Assembly (NCBI GenBank): GCA_049438185.1
Contig: JBMTJI010000002.1
Coordinates: forward strand, 71,156-135,155
Direction of reading: 5' to 3'
Length of the DNA stretch: 64,000 nucleotides
Source of the DNA: Candidatus Poseidoniaceae archaeon
Lineage (GTDB): Archaea > Thermoplasmatota > Poseidoniia > Poseidoniales > Poseidoniaceae
The notes under the pieces are model-generated. The model worked only from the letters and a program-made list of their open reading frames with translations. It did no database searches and was not told where the DNA came from. The position numbers were made by a program, and so were the translations under genes. Below, piece by piece: positions 38,892-48,920 of this stretch. How positions within the stretch are numbered: the stretch's first letter is position 1; every line of letters begins with the position of its first letter.

Positions 38892-41422
38892 TCTTCGATG
38901 AGTTCCGCATCAATCGAGGTTGATACCAAGAGTTTCGGTTCCTCGGTTCGCGAAGAGCGAACGAGATACCCAATTCCGATAGCACTCAAAAGAACGAACA
39001 AAAAGAAGAAACTTGCAGCTCCAAAATAATCTGAAAACAAATCACCGAGTGCGGAAAAGAATCCTTCATCACCAGTATCCGTATCGAGAACTTTAGGTTG
39101 GATGAGGTCAACAACGGCTTGTTGGTCGTAAACAGGACGAGTGAACGTCAACATTCCATCGTAATCTGAATCGTAGGCATCCGAAGGTGCGGCTGGATCA
39201 AGGTCGGAATAGAAGTCCGGTCGTTGTTCAATCGAAATGTCCACAGGTTCACTCAAATCCAGGGTCAGCGTTACATCGACCGTATACGGAATTCGTGATT
39301 CAAAGAATTCAGGATCGTTGAGAATACCGAGGAATGTGAACGCCTGCCCCGTCACGTCAAAATGCGCCCATGAATTCCAATGCGAAGATTCGACATCCAA
39401 ATCACAAATCCATGCATCCGATACACGACTGCACGAACCTTGAGCGTCATTGCTTCCATCTTCTCCGAGATCAATTTCGAGCTGCAAAGCTCCACCTTGA
39501 GCCGTATCCAAATCAAACTCAGTGGGTACGAATCGAGCCTCCATTTGTGTTGTTCCGTTCGGAATCCAAACATAGTGTGAATCTTCGGTATAGTAAACAG
39601 CACCTGTTGCTCCGTTGTTGAAATGGTTCCAATCGCCCTTCCAACTGTGACTGACACGGTCGGTATTGACTGGAATTGATGCTTCAACCATCATGGATTC
39701 ATAGATGTCCCATGCATCCCAAACCGTATACTCAGGGTGGTCAACGAAGCCATCGCCATCTTGGTCACGCATCAATTGAAGCGTTCGAGCCAACGCCATG
39801 GCTGCATCAACATCAGTTAGTCCATGTCCGATTCGCCAGTCGTGACATTCACCTGTTGCTGAACGATAACATTCAGCAGGGATATCGTTGCATGAATCTT
39901 CACTGTTTCCATCCTCACATGAATTCGCCATTCCTTCATATCGTGCCGTGAGTTCAAGAATCAGTTCAAGTTCATGAACTCGGGAATAATTTGCAGTGTC
40001 CCAATCTTCAAACTGACCGTATGCTGCAGTCCCCTCGCCTCCCACGAGGCTGTCTCCTTCATCGTGATCTTCGCGGTGATAATCTGCAACGCCCAGTGAA
40101 GGAGCGATATCAAGGATAACACCTGCCATACCACCGACGTGTGGAGTGGCCATTGAAGTACCCGAGATGGCCATATAGTACAGATCTCCTTGCGTTCGTG
40201 TGCTAGCGTCAATCGCAGTGCCACGAGGGGCAGTAGCCCAAATGTCTCGACCAGGGGCACCCACATCTGGCCACGTATGTTGCTGATTCATGCAGCCGCG
40301 GGATGAGAACGAGGTCACCTGTGTTCCGTCGTGTGTGAGTGCTGCCACTGATATTGCCGAAGGTGTGTTGGCATACACGTTGGTTCTCAAATCGCCCCCG
40401 CATTCGCCGCCACCACCGGAACCGCCGGAATTTGAGGCTGCAAATATCACTGCAACACCATTGTCGAAGGTTAATTTGTCTGTGATGGTAGCGATGGCGC
40501 CGTTAGGATCGTAGTCCCCATCGGTTCCCCAAGAATTGGAAACAACGCGGATGTGATACGGATTTTGAGAAGGTACGGAATGTTCGTATGTCCATTCCAA
40601 GCCTTGCTCTGCTGCGAAAATTGACGCACCATCTCCGGTTCCGAGCGCAACCATTTGTCCACCTTTCGCAACCCCCGCCCTTCGACCAGCAGAGGCATCA
40701 CCATTTCCTGCGATAGTGCCTCCAACGTGCGTACCGTGGCCGGACGATGTGTCAGAATTTCGAGTCTCAGTCCAAACACCGTTCCATTTTGCTGAATAGA
40801 TGACTTTCTCTCCAGTCCATGGCTCGAGATAATCGAAGTCGGGATGACCCGCATCAACACCGGTATCAAGGTCAACAATTGCTGTTCCATCGCCGTCCCA
40901 TTCCGTGAAGGCATTGTCCGTTTCGAAGAGAACATTTCCATCAACATCGATGATGGCTCTGTGCCAAGCATCTGTAGCACGAACGATGTGTGTTGTTTCA
41001 TGCATCATGATGGAAGGATCGGTTGGATCACCACCCCAGTCGGGAGGGAGATAGAAGAAATCCAACTCGCGATTGAGTTCAAGATACTCAACTCGATCCC
41101 AGTTCGAGAGTTTACGTAGTACATCTGTGGGTGCTTCAATCAAACCACCGTCGATCAAGTTCGCTTCATTCAGATGGGTTGCGCCAATCTTTGAAAGATA
41201 CGCCAAGTCTCCATCTGTTACTGGAGAATTCAGTTGAAAGATGACCTCAAAGGATTCATCAACTCGCTCGGCAGATTGAAGCGCTGACTCAAGAGCGCTG
41301 TCCATTTTGCTAACATCACCATACGGATTGGTTCCTTGCACAAGTGGCGAAGTTAACGAAAGTAAGAATACCAGTTGAAGGAAAAAAACCAGATGGATTT
41401 TTTTACGTTGACTTTTGGACAT
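38888..41422 (-). CDS. Membrane-anchored S8 subtilisin-like serine protease
   Basis: Signal peptide, triad DLDTG / HGTHVGG / SGTSMATP and a C-terminal TM helix. Confidence 0.92.
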   Translation of the reverse strand: MSKSQRKKIHLVFFLQLVFLLSLTSPLVQGTNPYGDVSKMDSALESALQSAERVDESFEVIFQLNSPVTDGDLAYLSKIGATHLNEANLIDGGLIEAPTDVLRKLSNWDRVEYLELNRELDFFYLPPDWGGDPTDPSIMMHETTHIVRATDAWHRAIIDVDGNVLFETDNAFTEWDGDGTAIVDLDTGVDAGHPDFDYLEPWTGEKVIYSAKWNGVWTETRNSDTSSGHGTHVGGTIAGNGDASAGRRAGVAKGGQMVALGTGDGASIFAAEQGLEWTYEHSVPSQNPYHIRVVSNSWGTDGDYDPNGAIATITDKLTFDNGVAVIFAASNSGGSGGGGECGGDLRTNVYANTPSAISVAALTHDGTQVTSFSSRGCMNQQHTWPDVGAPGRDIWATAPRGTAIDASTRTQGDLYYMAISGTSMATPHVGGMAGVILDIAPSLGVADYHREDHDEGDSLVGGEGTAAYGQFEDWDTANYSRVHELELILELTARYEGMANSCEDGNSEDSCNDIPAECYRSATGECHDWRIGHGLTDVDAAMALARTLQLMRDQDGDGFVDHPEYTVWDAWDIYESMMVEASIPVNTDRVSHSWKGDWNHFNNGATGAVYYTEDSHYVWIPNGTTQMEARFVPTEFDLDTAQGGALQLEIDLGEDGSNDAQGSCSRVSDAWICDLDVESSHWNSWAHFDVTGQAFTFLGILNDPEFFESRIPYTVDVTLTLDLSEPVDISIEQRPDFYSDLDPAAPSDAYDSDYDGMLTFTRPVYDQQAVVDLIQPKVLDTDTGDEGFFSALGDLFSDYFGAASFFFLFVLLSAIGIGYLVRSSRTEEPKLLVSTSIDAELIED

Positions 41423-41460
41423 AAACCGACCACACGAAGCCACTTCAAATGTGTTTGCAC

Positions 41461-42168
41461 TTACTGTGAAAGCCAGGGAATCTCGTCAGGAATTTCAGCG
41501 AACAAATTTGCTGGTAGCGCTGTTTTAATTTTCGAAACAGATCCGAGTTGTTCCGCTGTTTTGGTTTGCCATTCGACAAATTCGTCAAAGTTCTTCATCA
41601 TCAGGATGGGATTATTGAGTCGATTCCATCCCAACGTTTGCAATTCTGTACCAGGCGGTTCATGACCACTGCAAACGAGGACATCATCTGGTAAATTCGA
41701 AAGTGATTGAATGGAATTCCAGTGCTCCATTAAGCGTCCACTCGGTAGGTCATCTCTTCCAACACCTGCGTTTCCATTGAACAAAAAGTCACCTGTAAAG
41801 ATGTGCCCCTCAACACGGATAATCATCGAGTCACTCGTATGACCTGGTACGTACTGGAAGGAGTATTCAACACCAGCAATCGTAACCTCTGAGGTTTCAT
41901 CGACGTAATCCGTGACCCCAAGTGAGGCAGTATCCTTCCACATGTAAAACGGTATTTCTCTCTCTTGTGAGAGTGTGAAGCATGCTGTAATATGATCAGC
42001 ATGGGTGTGCGTAGCCATACATGCTACAAGGTTAAGCCCACGTTGTGCCAAGATGGATTCGTAATGCTGTATGTAATCCCAAACTGGATCGATAAGTACT
42101 GCTTGGCCGTCGTTTGCAACAAGATATGTGCAGGCCCAACCCTCTGGCCGAATGTCCTCAACTTGCAT
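41461..42168 (-). CDS. MBL-fold metallo-hydrolase (persulfide dioxygenase/ETHE1-like)
   Basis: CTYL, IDPV, THTHADHIT, PGHT, FTGD, GRDD, GHE. Confidence 0.85.
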   Translation of the reverse strand: MQVEDIRPEGWACTYLVANDGQAVLIDPVWDYIQHYESILAQRGLNLVACMATHTHADHITACFTLSQEREIPFYMWKDTASLGVTDYVDETSEVTIAGVEYSFQYVPGHTSDSMIIRVEGHIFTGDFLFNGNAGVGRDDLPSGRLMEHWNSIQSLSNLPDDVLVCSGHEPPGTELQTLGWNRLNNPILMMKNFDEFVEWQTKTAEQLGSVSKIKTALPANLFAEIPDEIPWLSQ

Positions 42169-42248
42169 GGTTAGGCGAACACAGCGTTCTACTTCAAATC
42201 ATTCTTTCAAAGACGAGGCTTGATGAGGGACGACAACGAGCGCCATAC

Positions 42249-42971
42249 ATGCACCCACGGAACGTTGTCTACCTTGAGCACGACGGAAAACTTCTGTTGG
42301 TCGACCAGAACGGCACTGGACCTCAAGATTGCATCATGGGGCGACAGGAATCTGATGTTTTGCTACGCTTTCCTACACCAGACGAAGTTGAACAATATGG
42401 AATTGAATGGGTTGAAGAACGGCACACAGACATGCGATTTGATGGCGAGTTCTATACAGTGATTCATGGTTCACCGCTCATTGATTGGCCAGAACACTGG
42501 ACTTGGAAGGACAAGGTCATCTCTGATAATGCAGTTCACCCCGTTGCACGGGAAGCAGTTTATCGCTCCATTCATCGCCTCGTTTCAAAGGTCATTGTTC
42601 GCAATCAATCAAATCAAATTCTCATGGTCAAAGTGGAACGTGGATTCTTCAAAGGGTATTGGGGTCTACCTGGGGGATACATGAACCACAGCGAGGAACC
42701 CGCTGAAGGATGTGTCCGAGAAACACAAGAAGAACTTGGCATTACCATTGCGTTGGAAGAACGAAAACCTGTCATCACACAACGTTCATTTTTCCGGGAT
42801 GGTGTGTCCTTTGTAAGTTTCACATATTGTGGACGATGGGATGGTTCCATTGAAGAATTGAAACTTAAAGAAGGAGAAATTGAGGATGCATCATGGTTTT
42901 CTCTTGAAGATGCGATTACAAACGCAGCCTCTGAATTCGATCGGATCGCTCTTGAGTCCCTTCAAGATTGA
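42249..42971 (+). CDS. NUDIX hydrolase
   Basis: Nudix box WGLPGGYMNHSEEPAEGCVRETQEELG. Confidence 0.88.
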   Translation: MHPRNVVYLEHDGKLLLVDQNGTGPQDCIMGRQESDVLLRFPTPDEVEQYGIEWVEERHTDMRFDGEFYTVIHGSPLIDWPEHWTWKDKVISDNAVHPVAREAVYRSIHRLVSKVIVRNQSNQILMVKVERGFFKGYWGLPGGYMNHSEEPAEGCVRETQEELGITIALEERKPVITQRSFFRDGVSFVSFTYCGRWDGSIEELKLKEGEIEDASWFSLEDAITNAASEFDRIALESLQD

Positions 42972-45811
42972 ATGAGCTCTTTCGCAGCATTCAATGCTTC
43001 ATCAAGGCCACTTGCATCCGAACCGCCGCCTTGTGCCATCGTTGGCCGGCCACCGCCTCCACCTTTGATATGAGGGATGATTGCACGCAGAATTTCGACT
43101 GCATTGTATCGCTCAGCAGCGATGGTGTTTTCGGTGCATGCGACCATGATCTTTCCACCACCTTCTTTGGATCCCAAAATGGCTAATGTTGGATTCTGAG
43201 CATCGCGAGTGAGTTCTTGCAACATTGAGGTGAGTTGTTTCAAATTCCCTTCAACCTCCATAATCACAACACGCACACCATCTATTGATGTGGAATCATC
43301 ACCGCCACCAGACGTGCGTAATCGCACAATTTCTGCCTCAAGTTGTTCAATTCGCTTTCGTTGCTCCTTCCATTCTGAGAAAAATCGCTCAGCGGTTTTT
43401 GGAAGATCTTCTGAGGAAACTGCAAATGTTTGAGATGTTGCACGAAGGAGTTCGTCTTGTTCTCGAGCAAACTTCAATGCGGATTCCCCTGCTACGATGT
43501 GAAGGCGTTCAACGCCATCTTGGACTGCAGTTGAACGAACGACACGAATCGATCCAATCTGTCCAGGTTCATCGTGGTGCGTTCCTCCACATGCTTGAAC
43601 ATCGTGATCTGAAATCCTTAGGACGCGAATTTCGTTTCCTTTTGGCGCTCCACCTTGATACAAATCGAACCCATGTTTTTTGTCCGCTTCATGACGAGCA
43701 AGAATGGTCTTCTCAGTTCGAGACACCTGTCCAAGGACTTCATTCGCCAAGATTTCAATGGCGTCCAAATCATCTCTTGTTAAGCGGCGATAATGTGTGA
43801 TATCAAGGCGAGCGAGTTCAGTGGATTTGTTTGCTCCCGCTTGGTAGATGTGAGGGCCAAGAATACGACGAGCAGCCCCCCCAACAATATGTACAGCAGT
43901 GTGATGATCCATCAATTGTTTTCGTCGGCGCCAATCGATTGCTCCGTGAACAAGATCTCCGATTTCGAAAGATCCATCGCACAGATGCAAAATGAGATCG
44001 CCCTCTTTTTGCGTATCCAAAACTTGGCGAGAAGTCCCGTCCGTGGTAAGCGAACCATAGTCACCTTCTTGTCCACCTCCCTCAGGATAAAAGCAAGATT
44101 CAGACAGGACAATGGCATGGGTTGCACCCTCTGGGCCAGCACCTTCAGAAAGTGGTATTGATGCAAGGACGCTTGCATCAAACGTTCGTTGCTGAACATC
44201 GTTGTAATACAAAGGGATGGTTTCTGGCAATGAAGGCAATTCCTTCACCAATGATGATTGTTGGGTTGTTGCAGCAGCAGCCTTGGCCATCTTGGCATGA
44301 CGTTCAGCCATTTCTGCTGAAAATCCTGTACGGAGACGGAGATGTGTCCATCCACTCTTCTGTGCCATGTTGATGACCATGTCTGGTGGTAGTCCATGCG
44401 AATCGTTGAGTTGGAAAAGCAGTTCATCAGGCAACTGTTCCTCGTTTTTATCGATGGATTTCAGAGATTGATTAATGAGATTTGTTCCTTTTCTCAACAC
44501 TTCACTGTACCGCTCTTCTTCCAGATTCATGATGGTCAATAAACCATCTCGAGTCTGTTTCATATCATGTCCTATCATGTTGACATCGAGATGGTGATGA
44601 ATTAACTCTGATAGCGACACGTCGAGGCCAAGATCATCCCGCATTCGTAAAATTCGCCGCGCAAGCATTCTTGCGAGATATCCAGCTTTTGCGTTAGAAG
44701 GAACGAGCCCATCGCCGAGCATGTGTGTGAGCGCATGCAAATGATCAGGAATTGCATAAATTCTTGATAACGGTTCGGTGATGGCTAAGAATTGCTCTTG
44801 GGTCAAATTGACACCACGCTCAGCGAGTCGTGCAATGAACAATTGGGACAATTCGTCTGCATCGACACCCGGTTCGATGTTCATGATACCGTTGAGTCGA
44901 CTCATCTCACCAAGCAGACGATCGAGATCGAGATCCGGCCATTGCGATGCAACTTTCGCAAAACCAGAGATGTCTTTCAGCCACTCAACGGTTTCTGGGT
45001 AAATGGCTTCATAGATCGTTGGCGTTCCTGCTGCTGCCCAACAAAACCGCTCTAAACCATAGCCTGTATCGATGATTTGCAACGGCATTTCCTTGTACCG
45101 ATCGCCCTTGAGTTCAATATCCCCATCTTCGGACTCCTCAAGATTCATGAAAACCAGTGTCGCCAATTCGAGACCACCAACAATGACTTCAACGGCTGGC
45201 CCAGCATTTCCTCCACCACACCAAGGGTTTTCGACATAGGTAATTTCTTTGTCTGAAATGCCAAAGGTATCAGTGAGCATCGAGTGGCAGAATGAAACAC
45301 ACTCTTCCATCCAATAATACATTTCACCCTTGTCAGGGCGATTGAACACATGGTGAGCCATCATCTCAAATGTGGTTAGGTGACGGCCGGAACGCCCAAC
45401 TGCATCAACGTCCGTCAATCGAATACAGGGTTGGGATATCGTAAGTGGATTTGCAGGTGGCGCAACTTCTCCAGAAGTGACATGGGGTTGAAAATCAGCA
45501 ATTGACGCGATGGTGAGATGGATGTCATCCCGCCAGCGGGCAAGAACCGGATAGGGTTCAACACGATGATGATCGTGTGATTCAAAGAACGAGAGGAAGG
45601 CTTCACGCATCGCATCCTTCAGCTCGCGACCGCGCTGCTCAAATCCTTCAATGAGGGGCTGTCCAATGAACGTGTATTCGTCTTCATGTGTATCTCCACA
45701 CGTTGTACGTTCGGTATCGCAGGTCCAAAACCACAGGTCTGTGATACTGCATTGTCGACGAACGTAACCATTGTCATGGAATACTGCCAAGTCAATTGGG
45801 GGTAGACTCAA
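42962..45811 (-). CDS. alaS: Alanine--tRNA ligase (archaeal type)
   Basis: ARWRDD, TIASIADFQP, HLTTFEMMAHH, DTGYGLER, editing HHTAVH and ACGGTH, C-terminal GGGGGR. TTG start follows GGAGG. Confidence 0.95.
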   Translation of the reverse strand: MSLPPIDLAVFHDNGYVRRQCSITDLWFWTCDTERTTCGDTHEDEYTFIGQPLIEGFEQRGRELKDAMREAFLSFFESHDHHRVEPYPVLARWRDDIHLTIASIADFQPHVTSGEVAPPANPLTISQPCIRLTDVDAVGRSGRHLTTFEMMAHHVFNRPDKGEMYYWMEECVSFCHSMLTDTFGISDKEITYVENPWCGGGNAGPAVEVIVGGLELATLVFMNLEESEDGDIELKGDRYKEMPLQIIDTGYGLERFCWAAAGTPTIYEAIYPETVEWLKDISGFAKVASQWPDLDLDRLLGEMSRLNGIMNIEPGVDADELSQLFIARLAERGVNLTQEQFLAITEPLSRIYAIPDHLHALTHMLGDGLVPSNAKAGYLARMLARRILRMRDDLGLDVSLSELIHHHLDVNMIGHDMKQTRDGLLTIMNLEEERYSEVLRKGTNLINQSLKSIDKNEEQLPDELLFQLNDSHGLPPDMVINMAQKSGWTHLRLRTGFSAEMAERHAKMAKAAAATTQQSSLVKELPSLPETIPLYYNDVQQRTFDASVLASIPLSEGAGPEGATHAIVLSESCFYPEGGGQEGDYGSLTTDGTSRQVLDTQKEGDLILHLCDGSFEIGDLVHGAIDWRRRKQLMDHHTAVHIVGGAARRILGPHIYQAGANKSTELARLDITHYRRLTRDDLDAIEILANEVLGQVSRTEKTILARHEADKKHGFDLYQGGAPKGNEIRVLRISDHDVQACGGTHHDEPGQIGSIRVVRSTAVQDGVERLHIVAGESALKFAREQDELLRATSQTFAVSSEDLPKTAERFFSEWKEQRKRIEQLEAEIVRLRTSGGGDDSTSIDGVRVVIMEVEGNLKQLTSMLQELTRDAQNPTLAILGSKEGGGKIMVACTENTIAAERYNAVEILRAIIPHIKGGGGGRPTMAQGGGSDASGLDEALNAAKELIQS

Positions 45812-45914
45812 ACCAACGCCTCCAGTTCTCGGGTGGTTGTCCGTCCTTTCAACCCTCGCTTTCAATATCGAAGAAAAGTGGAAATCATCAAATGAAAGAT
45901 GTTGAACGACAAGC

Positions 45915-47390
45915 ATGGGTGCTGGATGGGCCAAACACGTCGACTTGTCGTCGCCGGGGGTAGTTCGAATCAAAGCCCATAATCGTATGAAAGTCGATGC
46001 TGCGATCATATCGACCATGGAAGAGATTGAGCAGTATCAGGATGGTCGAGGGCCAATCCAACTCATGAACGCAACCGAACTCCCTGGTGTTGTCGGCACC
46101 GCCTGGGGGATGGCAGATTGGCACTATGGCTACGGACTTCCTATTGGTGGCGTTGTTGCAACCGATGTAGAACATGGTGAGCAGGGGGGTGCAATTTCCC
46201 CGGGTGCAGTCGGATTCGACATCAATTGTGGCGTACGCGCAGTTGCACTTAATTTGGAAGCGAGCGACATACCAAATCTGGAGAAATTGGCACGTCGCCT
46301 CAATGGCCGGATACCCGCTGGAGGTTCTGGAAAAGGTGGGATTCATCTAACAGAATCAAAATTAGATTTGATCTTGCAAGGAGGCCTTAACGAATTGGAT
46401 TCAATCGACGTCATACAGCATCACGCTCGTGGCACCGTTGAGTCTGATGGTTCCTTTGAGGTAGAAGATCTAACGATTAGCCATCGAGCAAAGCAACGTG
46501 GCCTGAGAGCCCTTGGCACCTTAGGAAGCGGAAACCACTTCCTTGAACTTCAACGCGTATCAGAAATCGTCGATGGGGATACAGCACAGAAGTGGAATTT
46601 GTCTGAGAATCAAGTCGTAGCAATGATTCACTCAGGCTCTCGCGGATTAGGTCATCAAGTGTGCAGTGACCACATTCATCAATTGGAATTACGTTTGAAA
46701 CAACGAGGGAATGATTGGGTTGATGAGGAATGGGGATACGTTCTTCCTGACAGACAACTTGCCTCGGCTCCAATCCACTCCAAGCAGGGACAATCCTATC
46801 TGAACGACATGAAAACTGCAGCAAACTATGCATTTACGAACCGAGCCGTTTTGACAGACCGATTGTTCAATGGACTAAAAGCCGAACTTGGCGAAGAAAT
46901 TGAACTGTCAACACTCTACGATGTGTCCCATAACATTGCCAAAATCGAAGAACACGTCATTCACGGAAAACGATGCACTTGTGCCGTTCACCGTAAAGGG
47001 GCAACAAGAGCATTCAGTGGCGACCATCATGACGTGCATGAAACCTTTCGAACAACTGGTCAACCCGTCGTGGTACCAGGTGATATGGGTCGCGGTTCAT
47101 GGTTGATGGCTGGACCACAGGTTCAGCAAAATCAAGCCTTTGGAAGCGCATGTCATGGGGCTGGACGAGCACTTTCACGATCAGCCGCTCGACAACGAAT
47201 CGATGCTGATGGAAAGGAAAATGAATTGCGCCGAAAGGGGATTATCGTTCAAGCTGCGACGAAGAATATTCTTTCTGAAGAAGCTCCTGAAGCGTACAAG
47301 GACGTCGATCGAGTCATTGAGAACACCAGCAAAGCCAATCTAGCAAGACCTGTTTTACGTCTTGAACCAATGGCTGTTATCAAAGGATGA
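45915..47390 (+). CDS. rtcB: RNA-splicing ligase RtcB
   Basis: MADWHYGYGLPIGG, FDINCGVR, GSGNHF, HSGSRG, HNIAK, HRKGAT, CHGAGR, EEAPEAYK. Confidence 0.95.
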   Translation: MGAGWAKHVDLSSPGVVRIKAHNRMKVDAAIISTMEEIEQYQDGRGPIQLMNATELPGVVGTAWGMADWHYGYGLPIGGVVATDVEHGEQGGAISPGAVGFDINCGVRAVALNLEASDIPNLEKLARRLNGRIPAGGSGKGGIHLTESKLDLILQGGLNELDSIDVIQHHARGTVESDGSFEVEDLTISHRAKQRGLRALGTLGSGNHFLELQRVSEIVDGDTAQKWNLSENQVVAMIHSGSRGLGHQVCSDHIHQLELRLKQRGNDWVDEEWGYVLPDRQLASAPIHSKQGQSYLNDMKTAANYAFTNRAVLTDRLFNGLKAELGEEIELSTLYDVSHNIAKIEEHVIHGKRCTCAVHRKGATRAFSGDHHDVHETFRTTGQPVVVPGDMGRGSWLMAGPQVQQNQAFGSACHGAGRALSRSAARQRIDADGKENELRRKGIIVQAATKNILSEEAPEAYKDVDRVIENTSKANLARPVLRLEPMAVIKG

Positions 47391-47573
47391 TCACATGCAA
47401 GTGTTTGCTAGTGGATGTCCACCAGTTGGAGCTGAACCGGTATGTACTCCATCCGGTTCTTCGACGATGACCGAAAGAAGCGTGTTAACAAGTTCTTTCA
47501 AATCATCGACCTGAATTTGTAATTCTTTAATTCGTGCCTTTGTATCGGTCTTCTTTTCAGTAGCAGTGCTCAT
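47391..47573 (-). CDS. Small coiled-coil hypothetical protein
   Basis: 60-aa ORF with heptad pattern (IKELQIQVDDLKELVNTLL) abutting rtcB. Confidence 0.6.
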   Translation of the reverse strand: MSTATEKKTDTKARIKELQIQVDDLKELVNTLLSVIVEEPDGVHTGSAPTGGHPLANTCM

Positions 47574-47673
47574 GCAAATCCCATCCGAAGAAGTTGCCTT
47601 CTTCAGATGAAAGTTCACCTCGACATCTCTTAATGTTTGTTGAACAAAATGAACTCTTGATACGATTTCTAGA

Positions 47674-47748
47674 TGGAGCCACCGGCGAGGATCGAACTCG
47701 CGACCTCCTCATTACCAATGAGGTGCTATACCACTAAGCCACGGTGGC
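47674..47748 (-). tRNA. tRNA-Thr(GGT)
   Basis: Cloverleaf GCCACCG...CGGTGGC-T-CCA, anticodon arm CCTCA-TTGGTAA-TGAGG, GTTCGA T-loop, CCA encoded. Confidence 0.96.
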
Positions 47749-47820
47749 GGCGTCCATGCCACCAAGCATTTCGATATAACCGCTTCGCGTCCCCCAAAAA
47801 CACGATAATTGAGGGTAGGT

Positions 47821-47906
47821 TGGCGCCGAGAGAGAGATTTGAACTCCCGAGGGACAGGCCCACGCGATTTCCAGTCGCGCGCACTACCAGGCTATGCGAT
47901 CTCGGC
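47821..47906 (-). tRNA. tRNA-Ser(GGA)
   Basis: GCCGAGA...TCTCGGC-G-CCA, anticodon arm CGCGA-CTGGAAA-TCGCG, long variable arm, GTTCAAAT. Confidence 0.96.
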
Positions 47907-47999
47907 TCGCAAATCAATCCAACCATCATCAGGGTTTAACGCTCTCGCTTGTCACTGTTGCAACGCAAGAACCTCAAAGGGGGACGTTTACGGACGGGT

Positions 48000-48920
48000 A
48001 TGGACGGTGGGGAATCGACGACCCATGACGCAACCCATGATGCCTTGCCATTTCGCTTAACGGAGGTTCATGTTCAACCAAAATTCTTTGATTTTCACCC
48101 GAGCATACCCCTGATTCGAAAAGAACTGATGTTCCAGTGGAGGTTGATACGAACGGATTGGAATCAACACTTCACGATCGCCATGCTTTCTGCAATTGTT
48201 GCGGTATTGCTTGGTGCACTCAATGCTGACGTCTTTGATGGAGGAAATGCCAAGATTGCTGGACTGGAAGGCCTTCAAGTTGCAGGAAGCACAGCCTATT
48301 TCCAAATGGTGGTTTCCTTGCTCTGCTGGGGTTGGTTCTTGTTTTTATTGATACAATTATTCCCAATCATGCGCACACACACGATCACACTTCTCCTGAT
48401 TTGGGGAGGTTTTGGAATAGCACAAGTCTTCTTCCATTCAACCAACAAGGATTTCCCAGTTGGGCTTTCCCTCTCGGATATGATGGGAGGTTTCCTCATC
48501 ACCCTTGTGTGTGTGTTCTTTTTGTACTTCTTTGTTAAAGCCGTCCGTGAGACGAGAGACTTGCATGTTGAAACACACCACTTGCACGAGGATGTTCGAG
48601 TGATGGAAGAGGCGATGTTGGAACACTCACTTCGAGGATGGGTTTTGCTTTGTGTCTCTTGGGCGAGCTTGGCTATGCTGAGCGCTTGGAGTGGATCACA
48701 ATACATTGCTGAGCGAACTGGTTCACGAACATGGGCTCTTACATTGCACATATTGTTTTCAATTCTCACCATCCCGCTTCTGATGTGGACACTTTGGTTT
48801 CCACAGAAAATGCTTGGGAACGAAGCACGTGTACGGACGAAGGCCGCAGTCTCAGCAGATGAAGATTTGATGAGTAAAGCAGAATTGATTGAAGTTTCAC
48901 CTGACAAAGAGGCATGGTAA
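48000..48920 (+). CDS. Hypothetical membrane protein (about 6 TM)
   Basis: Hydrophobic helices with a His-rich loop ETRDLHVETHHLHED. Overlaps the next start codon. Confidence 0.75.
   Translation: MDGGESTTHDATHDALPFRLTEVHVQPKFFDFHPSIPLIRKELMFQWRLIRTDWNQHFTIAMLSAIVAVLLGALNADVFDGGNAKIAGLEGLQVAGSTAYFQMVVSLLCWGWFLFLLIQLFPIMRTHTITLLLIWGGFGIAQVFFHSTNKDFPVGLSLSDMMGGFLITLVCVFFLYFFVKAVRETRDLHVETHHLHEDVRVMEEAMLEHSLRGWVLLCVSWASLAMLSAWSGSQYIAERTGSRTWALTLHILFSILTIPLLMWTLWFPQKMLGNEARVRTKAAVSADEDLMSKAELIEVSPDKEAW

Noticed and set aside
47391-47420. C-terminal NTCM as a CaaX prenylation signal
   Set aside because: The Cys is penultimate rather than fourth from the end.
47674-47906. tRNAs as integration sites of an island
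   Set aside because: I saw no duplicated tRNA 3' end or integrase in the window.
47673-48060. ORFs spanning the tRNA region
   Set aside because: They are shadows of tRNA-Thr and tRNA-Ser.
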